Below are positions 8,120-17,865 of a DNA stretch of 64,000 nt, in pieces. The stretch spans positions 224,001-288,000 of the forward strand of contig JAWLHR010000001.1 in the NCBI GenBank assembly GCA_041690295.1. Direction: 5' to 3'. Position 1 is the stretch's first letter; every line of letters starts with the position of its first letter. The position numbers and the translations under genes were made by a program. The notes under the pieces were generated by a model. The model worked only from the letters and a program-made list of their open reading frames with translations. It made no database searches and had not been told where the DNA came from. Source of the DNA: Bdellovibrionales bacterium (GTDB lineage: Bacteria; Bdellovibrionota; Bdellovibrionia; Bdellovibrionales; UBA1609).

Positions 8120-9961
8120 TCAACGGAAATATGAGATCCATTCCAACCGAAACTCCAACCATGCGGGCCGACCGAAATGGTCATCATGATGAATGTATGA
8201 GGTTTGCCGAAGTTCTTGATTGCGGGAAATAGGAGTTGAATGTTCCCACCGGAGTTCATTGGCGATCGAATTCCAAAAACGGCGACCGACCAACCGCATC
8301 TTATATTTTTCCTTGGGCTTCCATATCCATCCCAGCTCCAATCCGGGACGCAAGCGATAACCGTGTTGCAATTGGGAATGAACCTCAGCTTTGCCTAAAG
8401 CGAAGGCATATAGCCGGTAGGCGTGATCGCCCAACGCCAGCCCGTACGCTGCCTCAAATCCGGGCAGTAAACAATTCTGGCATTCCCGCCCCCGTTCGGT
8501 TTCGGCCGCCCAACGCAATCGCCACGACGGCCGCTGGTCAAAATGGGTTAAGGGAAACAACGACGTGGAACTGATCAACCCCAACTCTTGCAACCGCGCC
8601 CCTTTTTTATCCGCATGAAATTCCACCCAGGGGAACTCGATTTCAGAAAACGGCGTGAAGCCGTGATCCGGCGCTAAAAGATCATGGTACGCGGACTTCA
8701 GTTTCAATCGGAAAAGCGAGGTGGCGCCAATTTCATCCCTCTCCAACCACCCGCCGCTGAAATGCGCGGAGTACGGATCATGCCCCCAATCCGGTCGGCT
8801 GGTGAGAAGATGCGCCGGCGGTTCAATCCGCATCGGGGACGTGGGATTTTTGGAACGAAGCTCAAGAACCTGATTTTCGCGAGCCTGATCCTCCGCGCTC
8901 CATTTTCGTTTTTTACGAGCTTTCCTGTGGAGAATTCCCGTCAGCAGAGTGTCCATTACGCGAACACTCATTCGTTCGGGCGCGACGGTTTTGCCGTTCA
9001 TATAATCGCGATAAGTTTTTCGCTCCTCATCGGAGAGATGCGCGAACTGCATTTCAAGCTGGTGGTAAAGCGAGGGGCGAAATCGCACTTCCCGAACCGC
9101 TCCCGGCACATCACTCACCCGCTTGATCGTTTCACCGGGAATGACATAAATCCGGTGTTCCGACAGGTTCCAATCCGGTTTGATGGCCTCAATAGCCCGC
9201 AGAATTTGATAAGAACAGTTTTCATCAAAAAAGAAATAATCGAAGTGACTGTTCACTTCGAGTTCCCAAATGTGCGCGAGCAGGCGGAGCGTTTCCTGCT
9301 GATTGAGCGTGAGTTGATATTCCCAAAGGTCACGGCTTTCGGCATTGATGTAGTCGTTGACCTTTTTGAAATAAGGATCGCGCGACCAAGTGCCCTGATA
9401 ACCGCCGAACACGCCCAGATACATGAAGGCAAAAATGTTCGCATCCGGAGGCGTAAAGGCGGCGTAATTGATTCCACTGTCCAGCAACTCGTTTTTTCGA
9501 TCGGATTCGATTTTCAAAAAAGAATGTCCGAACATGCTGGCGGGATTATTCGGATAAGCACTCGAAAAGACCAATGTGGTCGCCTTGGCGCCATGAAAGC
9601 CGCTTAAAAATTCCTTAAAAACCGGGCAATCCACTGGTTTGATATCCGCCCGAGTATGCTCCATTAAAAAACGAAACCTCTCCGGAAAGGCGCATTGAGG
9701 GTGAAGTTTAAGCCGGCTGACCTTTAGGTCCTGCTTGAATGCCTCCAGCGAAGCTTCAATTTCGGCGCGGGGATTGGTGCGTCCATCGGGCGCGAAATAA
9801 AATCCCTTACCATCAAGTTCGCTCTTAAACCCGTTTCCATGGGGTTGATAATGCATGAGCCGCAACCACTCACGCGAGTACGCCAAATCCGGCGCATCGG
9901 CGCGAACCGGGTCGATATTCAGGATAACCAGTAGGACCAAAAGAAAATTCAAAACCCGCAA
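8120..9961 (-). CDS. DUF4105 (Lnb N-terminal-like) protein with probable C-terminal beta-barrel
   Basis: WLRLMHY, CAFPERF, PASMFGHSFL, ESRDLWEY, YFFFDENCSY; ends WISYFR; RBS AAGGAG before TTG. Confidence 0.85.
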   Translation of the reverse strand: MRVLNFLLVLLVILNIDPVRADAPDLAYSREWLRLMHYQPHGNGFKSELDGKGFYFAPDGRTNPRAEIEASLEAFKQDLKVSRLKLHPQCAFPERFRFLMEHTRADIKPVDCPVFKEFLSGFHGAKATTLVFSSAYPNNPASMFGHSFLKIESDRKNELLDSGINYAAFTPPDANIFAFMYLGVFGGYQGTWSRDPYFKKVNDYINAESRDLWEYQLTLNQQETLRLLAHIWELEVNSHFDYFFFDENCSYQILRAIEAIKPDWNLSEHRIYVIPGETIKRVSDVPGAVREVRFRPSLYHQLEMQFAHLSDEERKTYRDYMNGKTVAPERMSVRVMDTLLTGILHRKARKKRKWSAEDQARENQVLELRSKNPTSPMRIEPPAHLLTSRPDWGHDPYSAHFSGGWLERDEIGATSLFRLKLKSAYHDLLAPDHGFTPFSEIEFPWVEFHADKKGARLQELGLISSTSLFPLTHFDQRPSWRLRWAAETERGRECQNCLLPGFEAAYGLALGDHAYRLYAFALGKAEVHSQLQHGYRLRPGLELGWIWKPKEKYKMRLVGRRFWNSIANELRWEHSTPISRNQELRQTSYIHHDDHFGRPAWLEFRLEWISYFR

Positions 9962-10003
9962 ACTCCTTGCGCGAACATTATAGTTAGTGAATTCTTCGAT
10001 CCA

Positions 10004-10843
10004 GTGAAACTTCGTTTGTTCTTATTAATCAATTTGCACTTCTTCTTAACGGGCTGCGCTGGACTGCTTTATTACCCCACCCGCACCCTCTACGTTGACC
10101 CGCAAAAATTAAATCCCGCGCCCGAACTGGTGAAATTTGAACTGAATAAGAATATCGAAATTCACGGCTGGCGCTTCAAAACCATCAAGCCGCCCGCACG
10201 AGCCGTGATTTTGTTTTTTCACGGAAACGGCGGAAACCGCTCGGGACATTTCACCACATTGTATTGGATCATCAAACACGGCTACGACCTCGTCATCTTT
10301 GATTACCCGGGCTACGGCCAGACACGGGGAGACCCCACGCCCGAAAGCACGGTCCAAATGGGCAAAGCCGCCCTCCGCTACGTTCATGCGCAATACCCAT
10401 CCCTACCCTTGGTGGTTTATGGTCAAAGTCTCGGAGGAGCGGTGGCCATGCGTTCGGTTTGGGAGATGCGCCAGGAAATTCCCACCCAATTACTGATCGT
10501 CGATTCTTCGTTTCTTTCCTATAAGCGCGCGGCCCGCCGGGTGATGGCCAAATCGTGGCTCACTTGGGCCTTACAACCGCTGGCCTACATCTTGTTCAGT
10601 GATCGATGGGCTCCGGGAAAGAAAGTCGCGGAACTTTCAGGAATTCCACTCATAGTGATCCATTCGCGAACGGACGAAATCATTCCTTTCGACCTTGGCG
10701 AAGAAATTTACAACACCGCGCGCGAACCCAAAGAGTTTTGGATCAAAGAACGAGGAACGCACAACGAACCGTTCGCGGGTGAGGACGGACCGGCTTTACA
10801 AGCTCGCTTGCTGCAGGCTCTTGAGAAATATCTCAGCCGTTAA
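10004..10843 (+). CDS. Alpha/beta hydrolase lipoprotein
   Basis: Lipobox LTGC; FFHGNGGN, DYPGYG, GQSLGG, DEIIP, GTHN. Confidence 0.9.
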   Translation: MKLRLFLLINLHFFLTGCAGLLYYPTRTLYVDPQKLNPAPELVKFELNKNIEIHGWRFKTIKPPARAVILFFHGNGGNRSGHFTTLYWIIKHGYDLVIFDYPGYGQTRGDPTPESTVQMGKAALRYVHAQYPSLPLVVYGQSLGGAVAMRSVWEMRQEIPTQLLIVDSSFLSYKRAARRVMAKSWLTWALQPLAYILFSDRWAPGKKVAELSGIPLIVIHSRTDEIIPFDLGEEIYNTAREPKEFWIKERGTHNEPFAGEDGPALQARLLQALEKYLSR

Positions 10844-10954
10844 TTATTTTTTGCGCTTTTTACCGGGGCGATAACCCTTGGTGACTAAAATGCGCTTTTT
10901 CTTGGCTAAGCGACGGGCGTGATGACGATTCTTTTTCCGTTTACGAGCGGCCAT
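10844..10954 (-). CDS. 36-aa highly basic microprotein (absent from the ORF track)
   Basis: MAARKRKKNRHHARRLAKKKRILVTKGYRPGKKRKK*; AAAGGGA RBS 6 nt before ATG; fills the cheW-hydrolase gap. Confidence 0.7.
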   Translation of the reverse strand: MAARKRKKNRHHARRLAKKKRILVTKGYRPGKKRKK

Positions 10955-10985
10955 AAAAAATCCCTTTCGATTTCAATTTGCTAAA

Positions 10986-11423
10986 TCATGCCAAGGCATC
11001 GGTCAAGCTCAGCAAAGTGAGAAGTTGACCTTCGTGCTTGGCGACGCCGGTTAAAAAGGGGCTATTGGCCGAGCCTTTCGCCGTGGCCTTTCGGTCGATT
11101 TCGGAGTCATTAATAACCGCCACGGAATGCACTTTATCAACGATGGCGGCCAAGACTCCTTTTTCCGTGACGACAACCAATTGGCATAAGGGATGATCCG
11201 AACCCACGAGACCCAATTTCTCCCGCAGGTCGACCACGCCCATGATTTCTCCGCGAATATTGATAACGCCTTTATGGTGAGGAGCCGCGTTCGGGATGGG
11301 CTTAGGCGCATGAAATTCAATCACTTCGCGGACCTCAATCAAAGATGAGGCGAAAAGCTCTTCACCCATCTGATAAATCAAATACTTGTTTGGGGTTTCA
11401 TTGTCGGTTTCCGTTTCGAACAT
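10986..11423 (-). CDS. cheW: Chemotaxis coupling protein CheW
   Basis: VREVI, PIPNAAP, GVINIRGEIMGVVDLR, IVDKV. Confidence 0.93.
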   Translation of the reverse strand: MFETETDNETPNKYLIYQMGEELFASSLIEVREVIEFHAPKPIPNAAPHHKGVINIRGEIMGVVDLREKLGLVGSDHPLCQLVVVTEKGVLAAIVDKVHSVAVINDSEIDRKATAKGSANSPFLTGVAKHEGQLLTLLSLTDALA

Positions 11424-11425
11424 GA

Positions 11426-13096
11426 TCAGGCTCCCTGTTTCGTTTCAAAGTATTTCCGCGCCATCTCGCCCACATTGAGAATGATAGCCGGTTCACCGTC
11501 CGAAAGGATCGTGGAACCGCTGAAAAAACGGCTGATCGCGAGCGATTCGGCCAAGGGGCGCACGAACACCTGTTGCTGACCGACGATTTCATCCACGGAA
11601 AGGGCCAGCAATTGGTTTTGATGTTCAACGATGATTCCCGTTCTTGGATTATCTTCGACAAAATCATGTTGAGGCAGCGAAGCGTGCTTGAGGAACTCGG
11701 ACATTTCTTTGACGGGAATATAATGACCTCGCAGCGAAAGAATGCGACTGGCTCCGGCCTCGGCCACCTGCACGTCCGCCGTTCGCAAGTCCACAAGTTC
11801 CGACAAGCCCTGGTTGGGGACGGCGTATTGGCAGCCGTTGACTCGAATCACGAGCGCGTTAGTCACCGACAGATAAGTGGGAAGATGAATGGTGAAACGT
11901 GTCCCTTTGCCGACTTCGCTGGAAACGTCAACCCGGCCTCCCATTCGCGTCACCGTTTCCGAGACAACGTCCATGCCGACGCCACGCCCGCTGATATCGC
12001 TGATCTTTTCCGCGGTTGAAAGCCCCGGCAGAAAAATCAGCTGAAGTTTAGCGATATCGGACATGTTTTCGTTCACATTCACCAGGCCTTTTTCCACGGC
12101 TTTTGCGTAAACCTTGGCGGGATCAATCCCGCCACCGTCGTCTTCAAAGATCAATGTCGCTCCGCTGGCGGTGTTTTCAGCGGAGACCTTCACACTGCCC
12201 TCAATGGGTTTGTTACGCGCCTGGCGTTGTTCGGGTGTTTCGATTCCGTGATCGACCGCGTTTCGTGCCAAGTGAATAAGCGGATCAAGGATGCGATCGA
12301 TAATCAATTTATCAAGTTGAACGTCATCGCCAACACGGTTCACTTTGACCTGCTTGCCAAGGCGTGACGCCGTTTCACGAATCGCCCTTTCGATTTTCTG
12401 AAAAAGTCCCTCGACCGGAACCAAACGTAACGCCACGGTCGTATCTTGAAGGTCCTGAGCCAATTTGCTTTGTTGATCGATCACATTGCGAACCAGATTG
12501 TTTTCGAGACCACCTTCACGGGCGGCACGTTGGAGAATCGACTGATTCAACGAAATCTCACCCACCAATTGCATTAATTGATCGAGCTTGGCCGCCGACA
12601 CGCGTACGGTATCTTCCGCCCGCTGACTATGCGAAACCGCCGGCGCCGGTTCGGAAACCGGCGTGGATTCGGCGACCGGCGCGGGCTCGGGACGAGCTTT
12701 TTCCTCTCCGGGTTTCGCTTCCAAAAGATTTTTCATGCGCCCTTCGAGCGCACTCGTGTCAATCGTGATCGTTGGCGTATCTTGGAGCTTGGCCGCCCAA
12801 TCGTGAAGCACGCGTTCCATTTCAAGGAGGATCGTGACAACTGCCGCATCGGGAGCCTTGCCCTTATCTCTCAATTTCACAAGGAAATCTTCAAACAAGT
12901 GCAGCTTGGATGCGAGTTCGCTCAATCCGGTCAGGCCGGCCGCGCCTTTCAAATTATGCGCGCAACGAAGCAGGGGCTCATAACCCGCCACGCCATCCGA
13001 CTCCTGCAGGCGTAAACACACACGTTCCCATTCCAGGAGCGTATCTTTGGCGTCTTGAATGAAATATTGAAGCAAAGAAAGATCTATTTCGCTCAC
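11426..13096 (-). CDS. cheA: Chemotaxis histidine kinase CheA (short linker, apparently no P2)
   Basis: Hpt AHNLKG, TVRVSAAKLDQLMQLVGE, HLARNAVDHGIE, DDGGG, SGRGVGMDVV, C-terminal CheW-like domain. Confidence 0.95.
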   Translation of the reverse strand: MSEIDLSLLQYFIQDAKDTLLEWERVCLRLQESDGVAGYEPLLRCAHNLKGAAGLTGLSELASKLHLFEDFLVKLRDKGKAPDAAVVTILLEMERVLHDWAAKLQDTPTITIDTSALEGRMKNLLEAKPGEEKARPEPAPVAESTPVSEPAPAVSHSQRAEDTVRVSAAKLDQLMQLVGEISLNQSILQRAAREGGLENNLVRNVIDQQSKLAQDLQDTTVALRLVPVEGLFQKIERAIRETASRLGKQVKVNRVGDDVQLDKLIIDRILDPLIHLARNAVDHGIETPEQRQARNKPIEGSVKVSAENTASGATLIFEDDGGGIDPAKVYAKAVEKGLVNVNENMSDIAKLQLIFLPGLSTAEKISDISGRGVGMDVVSETVTRMGGRVDVSSEVGKGTRFTIHLPTYLSVTNALVIRVNGCQYAVPNQGLSELVDLRTADVQVAEAGASRILSLRGHYIPVKEMSEFLKHASLPQHDFVEDNPRTGIIVEHQNQLLALSVDEIVGQQQVFVRPLAESLAISRFFSGSTILSDGEPAIILNVGEMARKYFETKQGA

Positions 13097-13164
13097 CAGA
13101 AGATTTTAACAAAGCTCACCGACTGGCACCATTCCCGAGGCTCCGCCTCGTCTTCAGGCTAGCC

Positions 13165-13193
13165 TTTACATTATGTTTTCCTGGGCCCATAAT
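13165..13193 (+). promoter_or_regulatory. Sigma-70-like promoter of cheY, probably leaderless
   Basis: TTTACA-N17-CATAAT ending 7 nt before ATG 13201. Confidence 0.55.
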
Positions 13194-13200
13194 GTTGAGC

Positions 13201-13593
13201 ATGTCTCTAAATCAAAAAACTGTATTGATTGTCGACGATATGATGAGCATTCGCGTGAAGTTGCGAAAGCTCTGCACGGATATGGGAATCGGCACCATTT
13301 ACGAAGCTCCCGATGGTCAACAAGCGCTTGATCTTATCAATTCCCGGCCGGTCGACCTGGTTCTTTCGGACTGGAACATGCCCAACATGAATGGGCTGAG
13401 TTTTTTGCAGAAAATGCGGGCCAACGAGAAGTTCAAGCAATTGCCAGTGATTTTCATCACTTCAGAAAACGAAAAAGCCTCGATTCTTCAGGCCCTGGTC
13501 CTTGGTGTGACGGATTATATCGTCAAGCCCTTTACCGACGATGCCGTCATCCGAAAAGTGTCTCAAGTGTTAGGGAACGAAAACAAAGGCTGA
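13201..13593 (+). CDS. cheY: CheY-like response regulator
   Basis: LIVDD, LSDWNMPNMNG, FITSE, DYIVKPF. Confidence 0.9.
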   Translation: MSLNQKTVLIVDDMMSIRVKLRKLCTDMGIGTIYEAPDGQQALDLINSRPVDLVLSDWNMPNMNGLSFLQKMRANEKFKQLPVIFITSENEKASILQALVLGVTDYIVKPFTDDAVIRKVSQVLGNENKG

Positions 13594-13600
13594 CGTACAG

Positions 13601-14446
13601 ATGCCCATGGCCAACCGAATCTCCTCGACGGTGCTCGAAGGGGTTAATTATATCAGTGTGGGTGCGGGTCTATCCGACGAGGATGTCCGTCAGTTCGAAC
13701 AGAATCTGCCGCAATGGGCGAACTTACCGGTGGAACTGCACGTTCTCGACATGAAAAACCTAAGCGGGGTGCCTGAGCGTTTTTTTAAGGCCATCAACAA
13801 CTTCGCGGGACTCCTTTCTTTGCGGCACACCAACCTGATTTCCATTAACGTCAGCGATGTTTTGTTCGGTGAGATCACCCGCCACGGTTTAGCCCACGTC
13901 TTCAACCGGGTGGAGTCCGTCACCTCGGCTCTAACTCAAAAGAAGCGTGAACTTTCCGAAACCGAACTTAAGCGGCTCCTGTTCAAATACCTGATTCGCG
14001 CCGCTCACCTGGCTCTTGAAGTCACGTGCAATTCAACCGTGACCTGCGACGAAAATTACATGTCAAATCCGGCGCGGGTTCCCTACGAAAAAATTGATTT
14101 GATTTCGGTCATCGACGTCCGCGGCGAATTCTTGAACGCGCAATTTCGCTTGTGCGCCTCGTCCGATGTGCTCACCGAACTCGCCAAAGCCATGCTCAGC
14201 CTTCCGGTGGTCGAACCGGAGATGGTTGAAAGCATGGCCCAAGAACTATTGAATTTGATTTATGGTAATGCCAAGTCGAACTTGAACGAGAATGAATCGT
14301 TTCGCTTGCCTCCGGCCATCCCTAAACTTTATCGACGGCCGGATTTCAAGCAGATCAAACGTTCAACGCCTCCGCAACTCACGGTATTGCCCCTTGTGAC
14401 CCCGCTCGGATCGTTCTACGTCGAGGTCGATTTCGGGGCGGCCTAG
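13601..14446 (+). CDS. STAS-like domain fused to CheX-like phosphatase
   Basis: N-half VLDMKNL...GLAHVF STAS pattern; C-half QELLNLIYGNAK ExxN motif and PAIP. Confidence 0.7.
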   Translation: MPMANRISSTVLEGVNYISVGAGLSDEDVRQFEQNLPQWANLPVELHVLDMKNLSGVPERFFKAINNFAGLLSLRHTNLISINVSDVLFGEITRHGLAHVFNRVESVTSALTQKKRELSETELKRLLFKYLIRAAHLALEVTCNSTVTCDENYMSNPARVPYEKIDLISVIDVRGEFLNAQFRLCASSDVLTELAKAMLSLPVVEPEMVESMAQELLNLIYGNAKSNLNENESFRLPPAIPKLYRRPDFKQIKRSTPPQLTVLPLVTPLGSFYVEVDFGAA

Positions 14447-14865
14447 TCCCTGATCTCCAGGACTTTGACTTTTCCCTCGCCTTTAGCGGAAGCGGATCTG
14501 GGGATCACGCCCAAACCGCCTTTGGCATCGGCCACGCAGGAAATCAGGTCATCAACCGAATCCCTGGTTTTCGGCGCGCGACCTGAACCGGTGAGCTCCT
14601 TTTTAACCCATTCCTGATTGAACTGAGTTTTCGAGGTGCCCAAAACGGTGGCGAAAACGCCTTCACCTTCCTTGGTGCCGAGCAGGCAAGGTTCAACCGT
14701 CACGCCCCCTAAAGAGGTTTTATTTCCGAACAATATGGCTTTAAGCTCATTTCTACTCATCGAACCTTGGCCGATCGAGGGGTTGACGATGACCACGTAT
14801 TCCGCCTGAGCCATTGCGCTCACCCCGATAAAGCCGATAAAAACCAAAAGCTTCGTGAAAATCAT
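14443..14865 (-). CDS. Small periplasmic PstS-like binding protein
   Basis: Signal peptide; VVIVNPS, ELKAILFG, W..ELTGSGRAP, GGLGVI. Confidence 0.75.
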   Translation of the reverse strand: MIFTKLLVFIGFIGVSAMAQAEYVVIVNPSIGQGSMSRNELKAILFGNKTSLGGVTVEPCLLGTKEGEGVFATVLGTSKTQFNQEWVKKELTGSGRAPKTRDSVDDLISCVADAKGGLGVIPRSASAKGEGKVKVLEIRD

Positions 14866-14877
14866 GTCCTACGCTCC

Positions 14878-16098
14878 TTACATCCGCCAGTAATATGAAA
14901 ACGAAAATCGCACTTCGCCGTAATCCGCGCTCTTGCCGAGCATATCTTGCTCATGCAAGCTGTAATCGGCCTTGATCGCCACCGGGGGAAGCGGACGATA
15001 AACCAAACCGGCGGTCCATTTCCGGATCAATCCTTCATCATCGCCTCCGGCTTCGTTGTCACCGCCGAACTTTTTGGATTGGACGGTTTCTTCGTTCAGG
15101 TAGTTATCGTATTGGACGTAAGGAGTGAATTCACCAACGTCGTCGGAACGAAGAGTGTAACCGATGCGCGCGTACCACGTGCGGATCGTGTATTCGGCGA
15201 CCAAATTATTGGTCCCTGTCCCGCATCCGAACCGCTCATATTGTCGGCGATTCAAAGGAGCACCCGTACACAAGTTGGTGACGGCATTATCACTTCGGCG
15301 TCCTTTATGCGGTGAAAGAAAATACGAAAGCTGAACCGTCCAGCGATCATCCTGAAATTGGCCGAAAACACCGTAAGCCATGTATTGATCCGCTTCCATC
15401 CAGGGGAGAATGCCGCCATTGGGTGAATTGGTCCCTCCGGTCGCCGTGGGCGCCGACGCGGACGAAACGCCATCGCCGCCGGTGGTGTAAAACGAGGCGC
15501 CGAATAACCATTTGGCGTCTTGAATGTAGCGAACATCCAGTCCGAACGGGAATTCATCGCTTTTACGCTCGTCATTTCCAGTGGTGAATGAGTAACGGAT
15601 CATCCCTGGACCCGCTTGCGTCATTCCGTGCAACATCAGATTCGTGGTTCGGGTCAACAGCAAATGGTCGCCGTCGAAAAGCTCCGGCGGCTCAATGCCG
15701 ATGTAGGTGGGAACCGCATCGAGGATCTCGTTATAGATCTCGAAAGGCCGATAGAATTTACCGATGCGAAACATCAAGTAATCTTCCATGAGCTTGGCTT
15801 CAACCCAGGCATTGCTGACTTCAACGCCTTCCGCCTCAGGCGCTTTCAGATTCAGAAAAGTTTTGAACCGGTTGTTCAACGCACTCTGCATCACAAAGTG
15901 AATATCGCGTGCGCTGTACTCGGTTACCGCTTTATCATCGCTACGCGTAAAAGTCCCGCCGGTTCCGCTCAGTTGCGGTTGGTCTTGGGACTTCTCAGTG
16001 TATCCGTTGATGTAGCCGTAGAACGTGGTTTTCTGCTCTTGCGCGCTCGCCGCCGCGCCTAGACCTAAGGCGAGTGCCAAGACCCAAAGGATTTTCAT
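14878..16098 (-). CDS. Outer-membrane porin-like beta-barrel
   Basis: Signal peptide; [24 protein letters not shown], aromatic C-terminal strand. Confidence 0.8.
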   Translation of the reverse strand: MKILWVLALALGLGAAASAQEQKTTFYGYINGYTEKSQDQPQLSGTGGTFTRSDDKAVTEYSARDIHFVMQSALNNRFKTFLNLKAPEAEGVEVSNAWVEAKLMEDYLMFRIGKFYRPFEIYNEILDAVPTYIGIEPPELFDGDHLLLTRTTNLMLHGMTQAGPGMIRYSFTTGNDERKSDEFPFGLDVRYIQDAKWLFGASFYTTGGDGVSSASAPTATGGTNSPNGGILPWMEADQYMAYGVFGQFQDDRWTVQLSYFLSPHKGRRSDNAVTNLCTGAPLNRRQYERFGCGTGTNNLVAEYTIRTWYARIGYTLRSDDVGEFTPYVQYDNYLNEETVQSKKFGGDNEAGGDDEGLIRKWTAGLVYRPLPPVAIKADYSLHEQDMLGKSADYGEVRFSFSYYWRM

Positions 16099-16206
16099 GT
16101 TGAACCCTCCCTAATGATGTCCGCCCTTTGTTCCGAAACAATATTGAAGTTTTCCATATATTTGGGACTCTTTTGTCCACGAATGCAAGAACTATTGGAG
16201 TCATCG

Positions 16207-17865
16207 ATGACCCGAGCCCACACATTACAAGGTCGGATATTAAGATCGCTTTTCGCGGTCGGCTTGGCTGTTTGCGCACTGACCGGCGTTTCGCTGTTCA
16301 CGATATTCAAAGCGCAATCATCCTTTCTCGCCAAAACCGCCGACTTGGAAAAGAATCGCCGGCACTTCCTGGAGCTGCGCCTCTCCCTGGAACAAACCAT
16401 CAGCGCCTTCGAACTCCTCGGGGTCAGCAAAGGCGAGTCGGGTCTTCAACATCTCGAAGTCATTCGAAAGGCCAAAGCCTCTTTCATTGCGGAAATCGAA
16501 TCTCTGCAGAAAGACAATGCCGGGCGTGATTGGGCCGATGACCTGAAAACCGTGCAGGAGAAGTTTGAAGCCGCCGACGCAATCGGACGTGAGACCGCGC
16601 TCGCCTTCGTGGAGAACAAGATCGAACAAGGCAATGCCAAACGGGAGCTGCTCTACGCCCGACTGAACGAACTGAGGACGGATCTGGACCAGATCCATGC
16701 CGCGATTTCGTCATTTCACTCCAACCAACTCCAAAGGCTGCTCAACACCCTTTTGTTTTTGATCATTCCGGTGGCGCTCATCTGCTTGATCGGACCCGGC
16801 CTTTATGTGTGGTTAAGTACTCGTAAAATCAACTCCGAAATTTCCAGCTTCGTGGGTACTCTTTTCGGCTTCGCCGAGCAAAACGATCAAACCTCCGAAA
16901 CACTTAAAGAAGCGGCACAAAGCCTCTCCAGCGCGAGCAACGAACAATCGGCGGCCGTTCAGGAAACCGTGGCCTCGATCGCGGAAATTCGCAGCATGCT
17001 GGCGCAAACTTCCAACCACGTGCGCGAAGTCCAAAGTTTAACAGCCACCATGAATGATAAAACGCAGGATGGCAGTTTGATCATGAGTCGGATGGAATCC
17101 GCGATGATCGCCATTGAACAAACCAACGCCCAGTTGCAAAGCTTTGAAGAAATCATCGCGGCGATCAAACAAAAGACGCAAGTGATTAACGATATCGTGT
17201 TTAAAACCCAGCTCTTGTCCTTCAATGCCTCGATCGAGGCGGCTCGCGCCGGTCAATACGGCCGCGGATTCGCCGTGGTGGCCGAAGAGGTCGGCAAACT
17301 CGCGCATCTCAGCGGTAATGCTTCTAAAGAAATCGATCAGTTGCTTACCGACAGTCAGAAACGTGTTTCGCAGATCGTGGAAACCGTGCGCGAACGCGTG
17401 ACCGAAGGGAAAAATGTCACCAATGACGCCCTTAAGCGGTTCGGAGAGATCGCCACGCAAATCACGAGTGTCACCGAAAAGGTCAACCGCGTCGGTGAGG
17501 CCACTTTGGAACAAGAAGGCGGCGTCGAACAAACCGCCCGCGCCATGGATCAGATGGATGAAACCGCGATGGAGAACAAGAAAGCCGCGGATCAGATGAT
17601 GAAAATCGCCGAGCGAGTCCGTGAGTTGAACACGAGGATCCGCGAAGCCACCGACGGAATCCGCAGTTACATCAATGAAGATTCGCAATCTCCCGTGAGT
17701 AAGAAGATCGCCAGGCAAGATCGCCGACCGGACGCGGAAGGCACACCGTCCGAAGAGGTGATCGTGGACTTGGTCCATCGGCTGGCTCAGAAAAAACCAG
17801 GCCCGATCAGCCACGATCTCACGGCGGATGATCCGAGCTTCAAAGCCTCAAATGATAAGTCCTAA
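16207..17865 (+). CDS. Methyl-accepting chemotaxis protein
   Basis: Two TMs around a helical periplasmic domain; QTQ-like [30 protein letters not shown] hairpin; GGAG RBS before ATG 16207. Confidence 0.93.
   Translation: MTRAHTLQGRILRSLFAVGLAVCALTGVSLFTIFKAQSSFLAKTADLEKNRRHFLELRLSLEQTISAFELLGVSKGESGLQHLEVIRKAKASFIAEIESLQKDNAGRDWADDLKTVQEKFEAADAIGRETALAFVENKIEQGNAKRELLYARLNELRTDLDQIHAAISSFHSNQLQRLLNTLLFLIIPVALICLIGPGLYVWLSTRKINSEISSFVGTLFGFAEQNDQTSETLKEAAQSLSSASNEQSAAVQETVASIAEIRSMLAQTSNHVREVQSLTATMNDKTQDGSLIMSRMESAMIAIEQTNAQLQSFEEIIAAIKQKTQVINDIVFKTQLLSFNASIEAARAGQYGRGFAVVAEEVGKLAHLSGNASKEIDQLLTDSQKRVSQIVETVRERVTEGKNVTNDALKRFGEIATQITSVTEKVNRVGEATLEQEGGVEQTARAMDQMDETAMENKKAADQMMKIAERVRELNTRIREATDGIRSYINEDSQSPVSKKIARQDRRPDAEGTPSEEVIVDLVHRLAQKKPGPISHDLTADDPSFKASNDKS

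Noticed and set aside
8684..9607. Long antisense ORFs (also 17038..17814, 33708..34325, 53282..54094, 63449..63979)
   Set aside because: Shadows of well-supported genes on the opposite strand, with no motifs.
13124..13129. Sigma-54 promoter (TGGCAC) between cheA and cheY
   Set aside because: No TTGC -12 element at the required spacing.
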